A DNA stretch of 64,000 bases. Origin: Ramazzottius varieornatus. Its lineage: Eukaryota; Animalia; Tardigrada. Under the pieces are notes generated by a model that saw only the letters and a list, made by a program, of their open reading frames with translations, ran no database searches and was not told the origin of the DNA. Location of the stretch: the NCBI GenBank assembly GCA_001949185.1, contig BDGG01000001.1, forward strand, positions 1,796,478 through 1,860,477, written 5' to 3'. The stretch's first letter is position 1. Each line of letters starts with the position of its first letter. Made by a program: the position numbers and the translations under genes. Shown here piece by piece: positions 1-11,627 of the stretch.

Positions 1-150
1 TGTCGAGCAGTCAGTTAATTGAGCTTTTTGTTGTGGTTTTTAGCGCCAATCTTTGAAGTTTTCTGGGATTCTTCTTCCCAGCTTTCCTGCGTCTCTGCAG
101 ATCGTTCTGAATCGATCGACTTTTCTGTTTGCAGGTACAGGAGACACGAG

Positions 151-1065
151 ATGGCAGGCAGAAGCCCCAGGAAGTCGGCCCTGGCCACCCAGCGCTACAT
201 GGATCTGCTGTCCGGACACTACGATCCCAAGGACGAACAAGCCATCTCCACGCAGATGCAGCAATACGTCCAAACCCTCAGCTTCAAAGCTGAATCTCTC
301 CAGTACCTGAAACCTACCGTCGAGCTCAAGAACGTTGTCTGCTTCGCACTGGCCTTATCTTCTTTAGGTTACCGTCTTCCCACCGAAGAAGGCGCGAGAC
401 GGGCAGGAGTGTCCGTCAAAGTTTACCAGTCGTACAGGGCGACTGCAGAAACTATCCTCAAGATTAGCAAGGAGATCAACGTCCGCGATGTAGGTATCCG
501 ACTGGGGATTGAGAAGGCTATTCCAATTGCCGAGAAGCTGCTGACGGCGTTCAAGCAGGAATACGCAGTGACATATGAAGGCGTCCCTGACGATCAGTTT
601 GTGGCTGCTGCGCTGAGCATCGCGTGTAACAAGTTAAAGATCAAACAAGCCAAGAAAGAACTGGCGCAGATATCCAAGCTGAAAGGACCGGGGTTCGTAG
701 CGTTGTGTGACCAAATGCAGCTGAAGTTTCAGCGGGACTGGATTGAGAAGGAGACGACGGGGGCAACGAAGAAACGACGGAAGAGTGAGGAGGAAAATAT
801 ATACGAGAAGGCAAAGGAAGCGGGTGCTGAGCAGAATGGTGTCTTGAAAAAGAAAGACAAGGATCAGTGTCTGGAAGAGGATTATGAGAATTTTAGGAAG
901 CGGATTATGGAGGAAGCGTTCAAGAAACTGAAAGAAATGGATGTCAAGAAGTACGAAGAGTACAAACGCCTGTATGCTGATCCCGACGAGACTGGTGCGA
1001 CTTCGTCCGAGCCCGCAGAAAATACTGTACCTGTACCTTTTAAGAAGAGAAGGAGAATTTGTTGA
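151..1065 (+). CDS. ORC6: Origin recognition complex subunit 6 (single coding exon)
   Basis: ORF from ATG151. TFIIB-like segments (INVRDVGIRLG, FVAAALSIACNKLKIK) and C-terminal EEDYENFRKRIMEEA match the ORC6 DYEEWKRKIL motif. Confidence 0.85.
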   Translation: MAGRSPRKSALATQRYMDLLSGHYDPKDEQAISTQMQQYVQTLSFKAESLQYLKPTVELKNVVCFALALSSLGYRLPTEEGARRAGVSVKVYQSYRATAETILKISKEINVRDVGIRLGIEKAIPIAEKLLTAFKQEYAVTYEGVPDDQFVAAALSIACNKLKIKQAKKELAQISKLKGPGFVALCDQMQLKFQRDWIEKETTGATKKRRKSEEENIYEKAKEAGAEQNGVLKKKDKDQCLEEDYENFRKRIMEEAFKKLKEMDVKKYEEYKRLYADPDETGATSSEPAENTVPVPFKKRRRIC

Positions 1066-1497
1066 GGAAAAACTAAGCCGTGCGAGCTTTTTTGTCTATT
1101 AATCATATGTTTTCGTTCGAAGCGAAATTCGTTTTGTATTTGCTCAAGGAGACTACTCTTCGGTTTTCTTGGTTTAAGGTTTTCCGAACTGTCGTTCGAT
1201 CCTCCATACAGCGTCAGTTTTATAGTTCCAAATTCCAATTCTTATAACATCGCGCTTCGGTAGTTTTTCTTTTCACATAGCGATGAATTCCAAATTTCAA
1301 CCTCGTGAAAGTATTCAGCAATAAATGTAAGACGAGTGTACGTTCACTGCGGAATAAGAGTTTAAGAAATCTTTTCAGGTTCAATAAGGGGTAAAAAATC
1401 AGCACAGGAAACAACAAAGATGCGAGAGGAAAATCCCAGAATGTCCCAATGCAACTTTAAGATTGATCGCAATTATCGTGCCGGAAATGAAGCGGCT

Positions 1498-3013
1498 CTA
1501 CAGTTCGACGATGGTTGGTGCATCTTCCCCAGCTTCGGACGAGAAATCCCACTTGAACGACTTCTGCAGATGCCTCCTGAACTGATCAGCCTTCTTTCTC
1601 AGTCCCCCGTCCACATTGTCCATCGTGGCGATGGTCGAGAAGAACCTTTCTAGCGTAGTCGTAAGAAAATTCTCCCGAGAGACGATATCCACGAAGAAGT
1701 CTCGTGGTACTTCCCGCAACTGATAGTACAACACCCCTATGAAATTCAGAAACAACTGCGGCCGTTTCTTCACCGACTCCTCACAACCCGACATCAGTGC
1801 GATCAATCGCTTCCACTGCTCGAATGCGTCGTATACTTGACCAACAAGGAAGCACACGAACGCGAACTGAATTTCTCCCAGTAGCTCATTCTCCACTCCG
1901 TCAAACTCATTCTCAACAACATGCTCCAGAACCAGACTTTTATCCATGTGTAGCTTCGTGATGTCAGCGGGAGAGGAAGCTTGAAGAAAAGATCGAGAAG
2001 ATACGTCGCAGAAACGGATACGAGTCGACTCGATGATTTTCATATCAGGCAGTTCTTTGCTCACCGTTGGTATTTCTTCGCCGACGGCTCCTTCATCCGA
2101 AGCTCTTCGCTTCCTTGAGAAGACGTGAGGAATGGACTGCAGTTGTTGGACCGAGAATATGAGGTGGCTAGGGCCGGTAGGATTAAGGCGAGCAAGAGTC
2201 TTCTCAGTAATCCAGTTGGACAAGGACACCCATTTCTTGTAGCCGTCGTATGGATAAGCGCCGAGATACTCATCCAGGTTCTTCACGTTTAACCTTAGCC
2301 TATCCACTTCTTCTTCTGGAACGGGAACTTCATGGACACCTTCACGGAGAGTATGCCATCGTTTTACGACGACTTCTCTATGTCGGAAGTTTCGGAAGAA
2401 GCCAGAGCGCGGACTGGTAACGTTGTCTTGGCTGACAGCACTGCAAGCAAGTCACGCATGACGTCATGGGTACCCAAGTATCAAACCGAGCTACAGCGCA
2501 TTACAGTTTACGACAAAATAAACCGTTAAAAATGGGTGTTGGATGGAACCAGATGAATAAAGCCAATAATATTTGCGCATACAGCAAAATGTAATTCTCA
2601 TTGGCCGAATCGTAAATGATCTCCAGCTGCAGTATTACGCCCATTTTTAACGGTTAATTTTGTTGTACACTGTACATCTAATAATAACTGACGTCACAAC
2701 TGAGTGGCACTAATACAGCAATGACGAGAGCTTCTTACCTGTAATGGACGAAATGGACGCCTGGAGGTATCATCTTGACTCCTTTGAATTTCTCCCCTAC
2801 GTTCCATGAATTACAATCGATCCCAAACTCCGTGCGCTGAGGAACATCCAGAAAGAACAGGAACGCACCTTCTTCGAACAGGCATCGCGCGATATCGGGA
2901 TCCAGGGAAGATGAACTGCTCTCCCCAGTCGCCCTCAGGTCTCTACTCTCCTGTGTAGAGACGCTACGGGCGGCAGATTGTCTCCTGGTCCCATAAAACT
3001 GGATCGAGTCCAT
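1498..3013 (-). CDS. AAR2: AAR2 splicing factor (U5 snRNP assembly), 2 exons
   Basis: Exon 1 has [30 protein letters not shown]. Exon 2 has [37 protein letters not shown] and ends EDAPTIVEL. Confidence 0.93.
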
Positions 3014-3093
3014 AGTGCCGCAACCTTGTTCCGAATCAAATTTCCAAACACTGGGTTGGGAAATGGGATGCGCGAATTCGAAGAATAATTATA

Positions 3094-3269
3094 CAGATTG
3101 CGAGCGAAAGCGCACTGGCACAATTCGATAAGCAGAAGCACATCGTGATGTCATATGTAAACATTGTGCGACTTTTTAACACGGAGGCTACCAGACGAAC
3201 TTGTTCCTAAGATGTCACGATTTTCCTGTGCGCATTGAAATGTGCTAGTGCGCTTTCGCTCGCAATCTC
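3094..3269. mobile_element. ~176-bp MITE with inverted termini flanked by TA (Tc1/mariner-like), just upstream of AAR2
   Basis: tataCAGATTGCGAGCGAAAGCGCACTGGCACA ... TGTGCTAGTGCGCTTTCGCTCGCAATCTCtata; no coding capacity. Confidence 0.7.
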
Positions 3270-5059
3270 TATATTGTTTTATTAGGAATTTGGAATCTGG
3301 AATGAAAAACTCCACCCACGTCAAAATCTTATTGGTCGCGCATTCCCGCCGATATTATGGAAAAAATTATCGGATGCAACTGGGATCAACCAAGCAGCAA
3401 TGAACAAATCAAGCTCTGAAACGCAAGCGTAAGGGCGGCTTCCCCTCGAAACCGTAATCCAGCGATGTCGTCAAGGGATGAGAACTTTCCTGCTCAAAAG
3501 TCAGAATTATTCGTGATGTTTTATCAAAAGTGAATTGCAGAATTGTCGAGATCTTTGACAGTCCAGGAACAGGATCTGCACTTTAGATGGCAAGTTCGTC
3601 TATTATGGACCCTATGGACCCTACAAAGTGACATGTCCGGACGGTAGTACGGTCACTCCCTACATGAAAGGTTGCATTAAAAGACACTTTAGTTTCTGGA
3701 CCAATTATCACCTGGTCGAAATGATTTTACTGGTGTCCGCTACTGTCGGCAGCAGCGCAGCATCTTCAACCAGAAAGATGGTCAACGAAGAAAGGAAGTG
3801 GCGGAACGTCCCTGGGCTTTTTATGCGGGTAGCCAGGGAGGGCAAGGAGCTGTGTCAAAAAGAGGTATTATCGTCTCTCGTACGAGATGGGAAGACAACC
3901 CAAACGTGAAATTCGTTCGACAGGGCTGCCATGACCACCGCCAGCACCTCGTTTTCTTCGACGCGGACAGCAGCCTGTGTGACCACCCGGACTGCTGAGC
4001 GGTTCCTCGTCACAGTAGAATACGCCGTTTTTTTCCTTCAACCGTCGTGCCGAAAATGTTCTGAAGTATAAAAGGTCTTTCAGTATGAAATTACCGTTTA
4101 CCAAAGACTTATTTCGAGAAATTCTATCTCTCGTCAGAAGCATTTTAACGATAAACAGTCGAGTTTTTGTCGCATATCCTTGTATGACTTATAATTTCAG
4201 GGACCAAAGAGTGAGGGTCGCAGCCCGTTCAAACTATTTTTGTTTGATGGGCACGTATGCAAAGTTTTAATAGAAAATATAGTGCATTGCCTTTGACTAC
4301 TTCAAAAACGAGAGAACGGGGGAAAAGAAAACTTTTCTGCTGCAGTCACGAAATTGTCTGTTACAGGACGACCCGCGGAGACAAAATTAACATCAGAGAA
4401 ACTATTTTTGTCCGATCGCAGAAACCTTTTCGGTGAGAATGGCGTTGCCGAAAATTTTTCAAAAGATTGCTTTCAGCATTCAACTAAATATAAGTGCACA
4501 CCACAATTGGTCCAAATATTGACCCCGAATTTCGAGCCGTATATCAAACTTCCTGCAATTTCTTTATTACTCGTACAAGTCCGATTTCTACCAAACTTGC
4601 GCAGAACAATTATAAGTACGAGTAGGTAAACATAGAGATAAAGTTATTCTGTTTGTGGTCCTCTCTTGTTCAGTACTTCAGTAGTGCGGAGAGCATGCTG
4701 GGTTCTGTGGTGAGAAGTGAGAACTCTCAGTTTTATTCCTCAGTTTATGCTAGACTTCCGACACATGGCCAGTTGTCCAGACCGGTAATTGGGCCATGCG
4801 CGGGCCATTTTAGCGTTTCTGGACCGTTCGGATAGTTGATACGTTTAACTCTTTCAGAACAAGTGGAATATTCCGTGCGTCAGATCCAAGGCAGGTCGAG
4901 AAAGTGGGCAGTTAAGGTTACCAGGCCAAAGAAGGAACCATCATAAATGAGAGAACGTTTTCCACACGTCAGTAATTGAAACTGTGACTTGTAAAGGCAG
5001 GACCTGATGAGAAATGAAAGAGTTTCGCCTCTACACTGAAGGACGATGGAACATGGTTA

Positions 5060-8000
5060 TCACAGTAGGATGGCATCTGTCAGAGGCACGCGGTTGCTGA
5101 CAGACAGTCTCCCCAGCTCCGTTCCGTTCATGTCTTCAGCGTCGGAGGCTGATGCGCTGTCGTCGCCACCAGCACTTCCTGGTCCACTGCATCGCTCCGA
5201 AGTGCCGAAGCAACTCAGCTTGGAGTTTCGGCGTGTGTTCGAAGGGACGAAAAAGTTCTTCAGGACTTGCATGGAGCTGCTCTTTTTCACTCGACTGAGG
5301 ACAGGACTGACTGGCCGGAAAAATACGCCGTCACAAAGGGAGGACTGCTTGAAGGTTTTCTCAGCTTCACAGAGACGCTTCTCGTAACGTTCGGCCAAAC
5401 CGCGACAGGCTCCAACGACCTTCGAGGATAGCTTTATAGGAGGAACTTCCATACCTAGACCAATTCCAGCAAAAAGCCTAGAAAGACAAAACAGAGGCGT
5501 CAAACTGTGCCAACTGACCAGCTTCCGGTCGGCTGTTCTTCCGCATGATAAGCAGTTTCAAGACTTATTCGCCGATGAAGCCTTGGATTACTATGCACTG
5601 TATAATACGCTACTGCAGCGATAGTTTGCGTTCTAAATTGGAAAGAGAGATGAGCTTGACTTACGGTGCGGACAGAAGGAACTTAACGGTAGGCATGCCT
5701 TTCTCGAAGCATGCTTGTGTAGTAATCAACAGGTTGAGGACGGGCTGGATCTCGGGTGGACATTCCGGCGGGATACTCTCAATACAGGGCGCATCAAGGC
5801 CTTCGCCGAATGTCATCTCGTACAGGATACGTCCGAAGCAGTAAACGTCTATGGACGGAAACATCTGCAAGAAACCATGTCAATCTAGAATTTCAGTGCG
5901 TAGCACAACACCACAGTTCGTATCGGAGCTCGGTACACAAATCCAGCCAGATTGTTTCCCGAAGTGGCGCATGCTTCTGGTGTTCTTGCCTGTAAGCGTG
6001 CGCCACTTGCAGAAAACGATCTAGAGGAGTTAGTTTGCCCAGCTCGCATGTATCTTGCACAATTATTTGGCCTTTGAAGCGACAGGCTGAAAAGCCGCTG
6101 ACCAGACAGCGCATATCCTAACGGAGCACTTACGCAAATTTTAGGGAGTTGTATTAGGTAAGGGCGGTAGTAACCGGGAAGCCCGATGACGGTATTATGG
6201 ATATCGGTTAAGCGGCAGACGTTATTTTCCAGTACAACGTTCCGTGCATGTAGATGCCCTGAAACAAACCGATGTGTAATATAACAAAAGCCAGCTTGGA
6301 AAACTCTGTGCCTAGCTACAACTGATATGCCTGATTTCAATCACGTGGCCGCCGAAAGGGATGCATTTTGTGCACTGTAGCTATTACAGTTTATGAATTT
6401 TCGTGTAGACCTAACCGAACCGTACCATAAGGTATCCCACAATCGTGGATAGCCTTCAAAGCTTCCAGTATTTGTCGGCCATACAGGCGGACTTCTTCCA
6501 GGGAAAAGGGCCTTCGCTCATGGCAGCGCGTGTACTTCTTGTGGAAGAGGCGAAATGGTTTAGCCTTGTATATGCGGTCCTTCAGCGACCCGGAAGTGCA
6601 GATGGGATGCATGATTAGGCAGCCGGCCTCGTGGAAGGTTTCGTATATGATGGGGTAAATGAACGGATGCTAAAAATAGATTGGTTATAAGTTGAATGTG
6701 TCGCAGCATAACACCGATACTGTTGAGGGACCAACCTGCAAGCGTGTCAGCTGCTTCAGCGCTTCCTGCCGTTCCTTCACTTCGCAATGCGAGTATTTCC
6801 GTCCCAAAAACGTCTAACAAAACACGCGGGAGATTACATAACACAGATTAGTCATAAAACGGTATAAATGTCTGCACGAAAAAATTTCCCCGCGCATGGG
6901 AAGAAAGACAAGAGCGTCAGTTACAAAATACAAATATGAGACGGCACGAACAAACTCAACTAAGTGTTTTTCTAAGTGACGCACCTTTTCAGTGCTGTCG
7001 GCTAGAAGCTTGCGCCACTTGGGAAAAAAATCTTGGTGAGTCTGTTTGCCAAGCTTCACAGTAAACTTACCCAGCTCATCATCAAACGATGGTCCGGATT
7101 AGCTATCTCGTGGATGACGGCGTAATGTTTAGCGAAGCGCCAGCCGACACCGGGTAGAGGCTCTTCCACTTCCCAGATGCCTTCACTTCCCAGCACCATA
7201 GTTGCATGCTGCATGGCTAAGCCTGAAAGATAACAACTTATCCAACACAGCGTGGGAGATCGGCACATTCACTCGACCGGAAGTGAAGTGGATGTTCGCT
7301 AAAAGTTCGCCCGAACAACCTAGATTCAACCGCTTCAAAGAACAACATGCATTACAGTATTTTCATATGAACCAGCACACTCAAGGGCAAATACGTTGTG
7401 GCATATTCCAAGGTCAGGGTCGACCATGTCCTTGACAAAACTGTAAGGATCTGAAGTCGAATTCTTCCCCTAGATGTCACCGAGAAAAATGTCACTTACG
7501 GTGCCAGTCGGTCAAGTGGAGATTCGGAAAGAAGAGATATCGGAAGGAGGGATTGGTCGACGCCATTAAGCTCGTACAGAGTGAGTGAAGAAAATCCTGT
7601 AAAAAGAACGCATGAAGTATGAAGATTTACGGAAAACCGCTGCGGATGATTACAGTTGGCCTACTCTCTGTCAGCATCATACCTGCCAGAACTTTCGCTG
7701 GAGCGACCAAGAGGTAGAAGTCGGTAGCAGCGAAGATATTCCGTCCAATTCCGAGTTAACCGAGGCACCGGACTCGGAAGTATTCTCGCTGTTGATACTC
7801 GGGACAGGCGACGGTGTAGCTGCTCGGTCCCTCGTTGCTTCACCCTCAATCACCGAACTCAAGCCCAAAATGTTCCTGTTGCCCATCACACTGCTCTTGC
7901 GGAACTTGATGGCTTGGTTCATGGGAGAATAGCCCACCGTCTTGAGATCGGACACCAGTCGATGCAGGGCTTCCGTGCTGACTTGTACTTCAAAGTCCGC

Positions 8001-8213
8001 ATACTCTGCTTCAGCAAACGGACCACTTCGGACCCGGACGGTGTAGATGAAGTTCTTCTTCACCTTTTCCTCGCTGACAATGTCCAGTTTAAGTGGCAAG
8101 ATATCGTCGAAACGATAGGCGCGGAAGATCTCATCGGTGGCTGCATCCCGAGCTTTCCTACTCTCGTTGCTGACTTCCCGAACAGGGGTAGATTCTCCGG
8201 AGGACGACGCCAT
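5060..8213 (-). CDS. PXK: PX domain-containing pseudokinase (PXK / Slob-like), multi-exon
   Basis: N-terminal DDILPLKLDI...YTVRVRSGP; WEVEEPLPGVGWRFAKHY; GSLKDRIYKAKP; YGRQILEALKAIH; GHLHARNVVLEN; SIDVYCFGRILYEMTFG. Confidence 0.85.
5930..6045. repeat. Copy of dispersed ~120-bp palindromic repeat (AAGTGGCGCAC family) in a PXK intron; a second copy at ~6950-7056
   Basis: GAAGTGGCGCATGCTT ... AAGCGTGCGCCACTTG with matching outer arms. Confidence 0.8.
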
Positions 8214-8796
8214 CGTTATGACCCCCTAGTGGAAAGCAGACGTAACGTCAGCATAGTTTTACTCCCCCAGTCAAGGCGGAGGAGGTTTATAAGGCATCAG
8301 GATTCAGGAAGCTGTAAATGATCTGTAGATATAACGTTACGATGAGTAAGTAAGAAGGTTAGGAAGCTGGTGAAGAAAGAGGCCTCGTATGCTCACTGTT
8401 AGTTATTTAGCGACGGTCCGTGCTTGGTTGACAAGGGATGCTGAAGATAACAGGGGCAGTTTCAACATGGCTGCAAGTTTGATGGCCCATAATCCCCGTG
8501 ATGGATGGATGAATGACTTCAAGCCATGAGTCAACAAGATGAAGGTGCGATCGACTCCATCACCCTCGTCAGAGTGATAGCCCTCGTACACGTGTCAGCC
8601 TGTGTCAGCAATGTTCCACTGCTCTGTTGACCTCTCCTGCGCGTGGGCAGGTAATCCCGATTCTCTGTGACGCGGTACAGGTACTAGAGACTAATTAACA
8701 AACCATAACAAATAAAAATTTCGAGACGCTTCTCTGGACTGAAGTTCTTTGCACTGCAGTCTTCAGAACTTCTTGACGTCATTACGTATTTGAGAG

Positions 8797-8965
8797 ATTG
8801 CGGAAACCCGTCAGGAACGAGGCGTCAGGATCAGGATCAGGAAGCTCATTCAAAAAAGCGACAACATTGGCAAGTGATTCATTGATTCTGTGACAATGTT
8901 GTCGTATTTTTGATGAACTTCCTGATTCTGATCCCGACGCCTCGTCCCTGACAGGTTTCTGCAAT
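8797..8965. repeat. ~170-bp long inverted repeat / fold-back (MITE-like)
   Basis: ~72-bp arms ATTGCGGAAACCCGTCAGGAACGAGGCGTCAGGATC...CGACAACATTG and its near reverse complement, with a ~24-bp loop. Confidence 0.85.
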
Positions 8966-9832
8966 ACAGTGACTGCGGGGCTCTCCCCGGGCGATCAAGG
9001 GTGAAATCATGATCAGGGTCTCGGTTTACAAACAAGCAGGGACGAGGCCCTGGTTGGTTGAAACGAAGCCTGACGACTTTTCCCCGACCCCGATGAGGCT
9101 GGACTGATCAGTGTTTGAGGCCTGAAGGCTGATCGCACTTGACGATACCGGGGGTAAGGGGCTTTGATCATTTTCAGCCCCGCGTGATGGCGTCCAGCGT
9201 TCTTGACTTCTGTTCCCGATTACTCCATCACCTGACTCACCTGTGCCGGAAACGTTTTGTCCTCGCTCCAGACAACTTACCAGTGTCATCTCTTGTGCTG
9301 GTCGAAGGAAGGAAGAAGACAGGTCATCCTGGGCAGTCGAACTCGAACGCGACTGTTCACGACGACGGAAGCATCACAACTGTGGATTACACACTCGGCG
9401 CTGCGAACCAACACTCAGTGTTCCTGACTTTCGTCTACTAAGGTTACCCTTGTGCATCTGCGAAACTTCCGAGACTCACTTCCTTTGGTCAGTGAGCACG
9501 GACAACGGCCTAACGCAGAAATACGAGAAGAAACACAGCGCCAAGCAGAAAAGGGACCATAGCTTACCGTGCAAGTGGTTACTCGTTAGCCTTTAAGGGT
9601 GTACTGACGAGGATACCGTTCCGTGTTACAGTTTACATGGCACATGTACTAGGTTTTCTTCCACTTTGTGCTTTCGTTCTGCTGAACGGATATGAGAAGT
9701 CCAGGTGCAGATCTCGCGAGTTGACAGAGGCTGCAAGAATTTAACCCAGCCGCAAACGTCGGCAAGACAAAGCTAGCAAACGACAAAAAACACTTTGCGA
9801 TCCAACGCACCCTGATTCGTTATCTATCTGTT

Positions 9833-10438
9833 ATGGCGGATCCATCCACTCCATTGAACGAAGAGCTGGTACAGAAGCCTTCATCCATGCTTTTACCTTC
9901 CTCCGGAACATACGACGAGCTTCTGAAAAGATACAACACCGCGCTGGCAGAGTGCAAGGCGAGGTACAACTTCCCGTCATTGCGGATATGGCCGACTCAC
10001 AACCAGCCCACGGAACAGCAGCTTCGACAGCTTCGACACAAAGCTGAACAGATCAGCCGCCTGGAGAGCCTCGTAAAATCCCTGCAGGAGGGCACCGTCA
10101 AAGCTCCGCAGGTAAGCCAGGATTCCATCTTGGGGAGACTGTCCTTGCTGGAGAACGTCCCCCAACGGCTACCTGTCCCGCCATATGAGACTCCTGCCAC
10201 CACGAGTAGTGTCCCTGGTATGATCCAGGCTACCGTCACCGCAACGCCTGTCGTTTCCCCAGACAAGCCTGTCATAGTTCCAACTTTTGCTGCCGTCACA
10301 GCGCGAAGATCCCAACCATCCACGATTCCTACTGTCTTGCGACAAGCAAACCCCGTTGTTATAAGAGGTACAAAGCTGGCTGATGAAGACAGTACAACAG
10401 ATTGTCGAGGCAAATATATTCCCTTCCTTCCTTCCTGA
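9833..10438 (+). mobile_element. Intronless 201-aa ORF resembling a truncated non-LTR retrotransposon ORF1
   Basis: Coiled coil (EQISRLESLVKSLQE), P/T-rich linker, TFAAV, then NPVVIRG; this order is typical of LINE ORF1 N-termini. No RT seen. Confidence 0.3.
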
Positions 10439-10876
10439 AGGTATCAGGGAAGCCTGTTTGTAGGCGTGACCTCGACCCTGCGAGCGACCCTGATAGGCTC
10501 TGTTCCAAGTAGTTCCGCAATCTCTCTAATTTTCTTAGCTATTTTTCCAACTGCAGGATTGCCGCAAGACATCGCGCTGACGTAACGTTGTCTCACCAGC
10601 CTTGTCCTACAACTGCCTGCCACTAGACTTACACTGTAGAATGAGACGTCTGGCAAGCCCTCACGTGTTGGTTTATGGTAGATTGGCCTGCTTATCAGAT
10701 TTGCATCTTTTGCAATCTCGCAGTTATCACACTGTTTACTCTCTCGAGTCTCGCCGACGCCGAGTTCCTTTTTATTATAACGGAATTCCCTTTGTTTTAG
10801 CTCATTGATTGTGCTTGCGTTGAAGTACGAACAACCCACGTCTCTCCAAGAAAATGTGTTTAAGAGGTCTGCGATG

Positions 10877-11319
10877 TAATGATGAGCATTACACGCAGAT
10901 GGTCCGTGTAATGTAAAGTGTAATGTAAAATAGTGTAATTGTAAAAGTGTAGTTACATTTTACACTAGTTTACATTTTACAGACCGAGCGGTTTATAACG
11001 CCTAAAAGTGACAAGGAGCGACGAAAACGACGAACCAGCTATGTCTATGTTTGCATAGAATATAGATCTTAGTAATTGTCTTCCAGACAAAGATAAAAAT
11101 ACGGTTGCAAAATGACCTTACTCAGGAAGTTTCTGAAATTTTTCCGCGTAAGTCAGCCGAATTTCTGGCGGCAAAATACTCAGAAATACCGCAGATTCTG
11201 GCAGGTAAAAACTTGTAATTAAATTTTACATTTACGTTACAACTTCCCCGTGGTCGTAATGTCGTGTAAAAGTGTAATTGTATTGTAAAATGTAATGTAA
11301 AATGTAATGCTTATCATTA
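10877..11319. mobile_element. 443-bp non-autonomous hAT-type element with 8-bp target-site duplication
   Basis: TSD CTGCGATG at 10869-10876 and 11320-11327. 17-bp TIR TAATGATGAGCATTACA (1 mismatch). Subterminal TGTAA/TTACA repeat arrays at both ends. Confidence 0.9.
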
Positions 11320-11627
11320 CTGCGATGTCTGTGGTTAACTGTACGATGTGACAGGTCCTCTTGATACCTACACGAAAATCTGGATTTCGCACTGTATAAC
11401 TTTTCCTTTCTCACAAGTTTTCTAAGTATGATGGATTCTGTATTTCCCGACCCGTTATGGACTTCTGTGTACAAAGCGCTGTCGACTCGTATTGTGCCAG
11501 TGTTTTTCAAAGAGAAGAATATCGTCAAAGAGAACTGTAACTATTCTACAAGTAACTGTTCCCAAAAGGAGTAATTGTTGGAATCGTTTGGTACGCATGG
11601 GTGGTTCGGATACCAGAACCAAAGCTC

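Noticed and set aside
3580-4000. Possible small two-exon gene (YYGPYGPYKVTCPDG...CDHPDC)
   Set aside because: No clear start or family signature; insufficient support.
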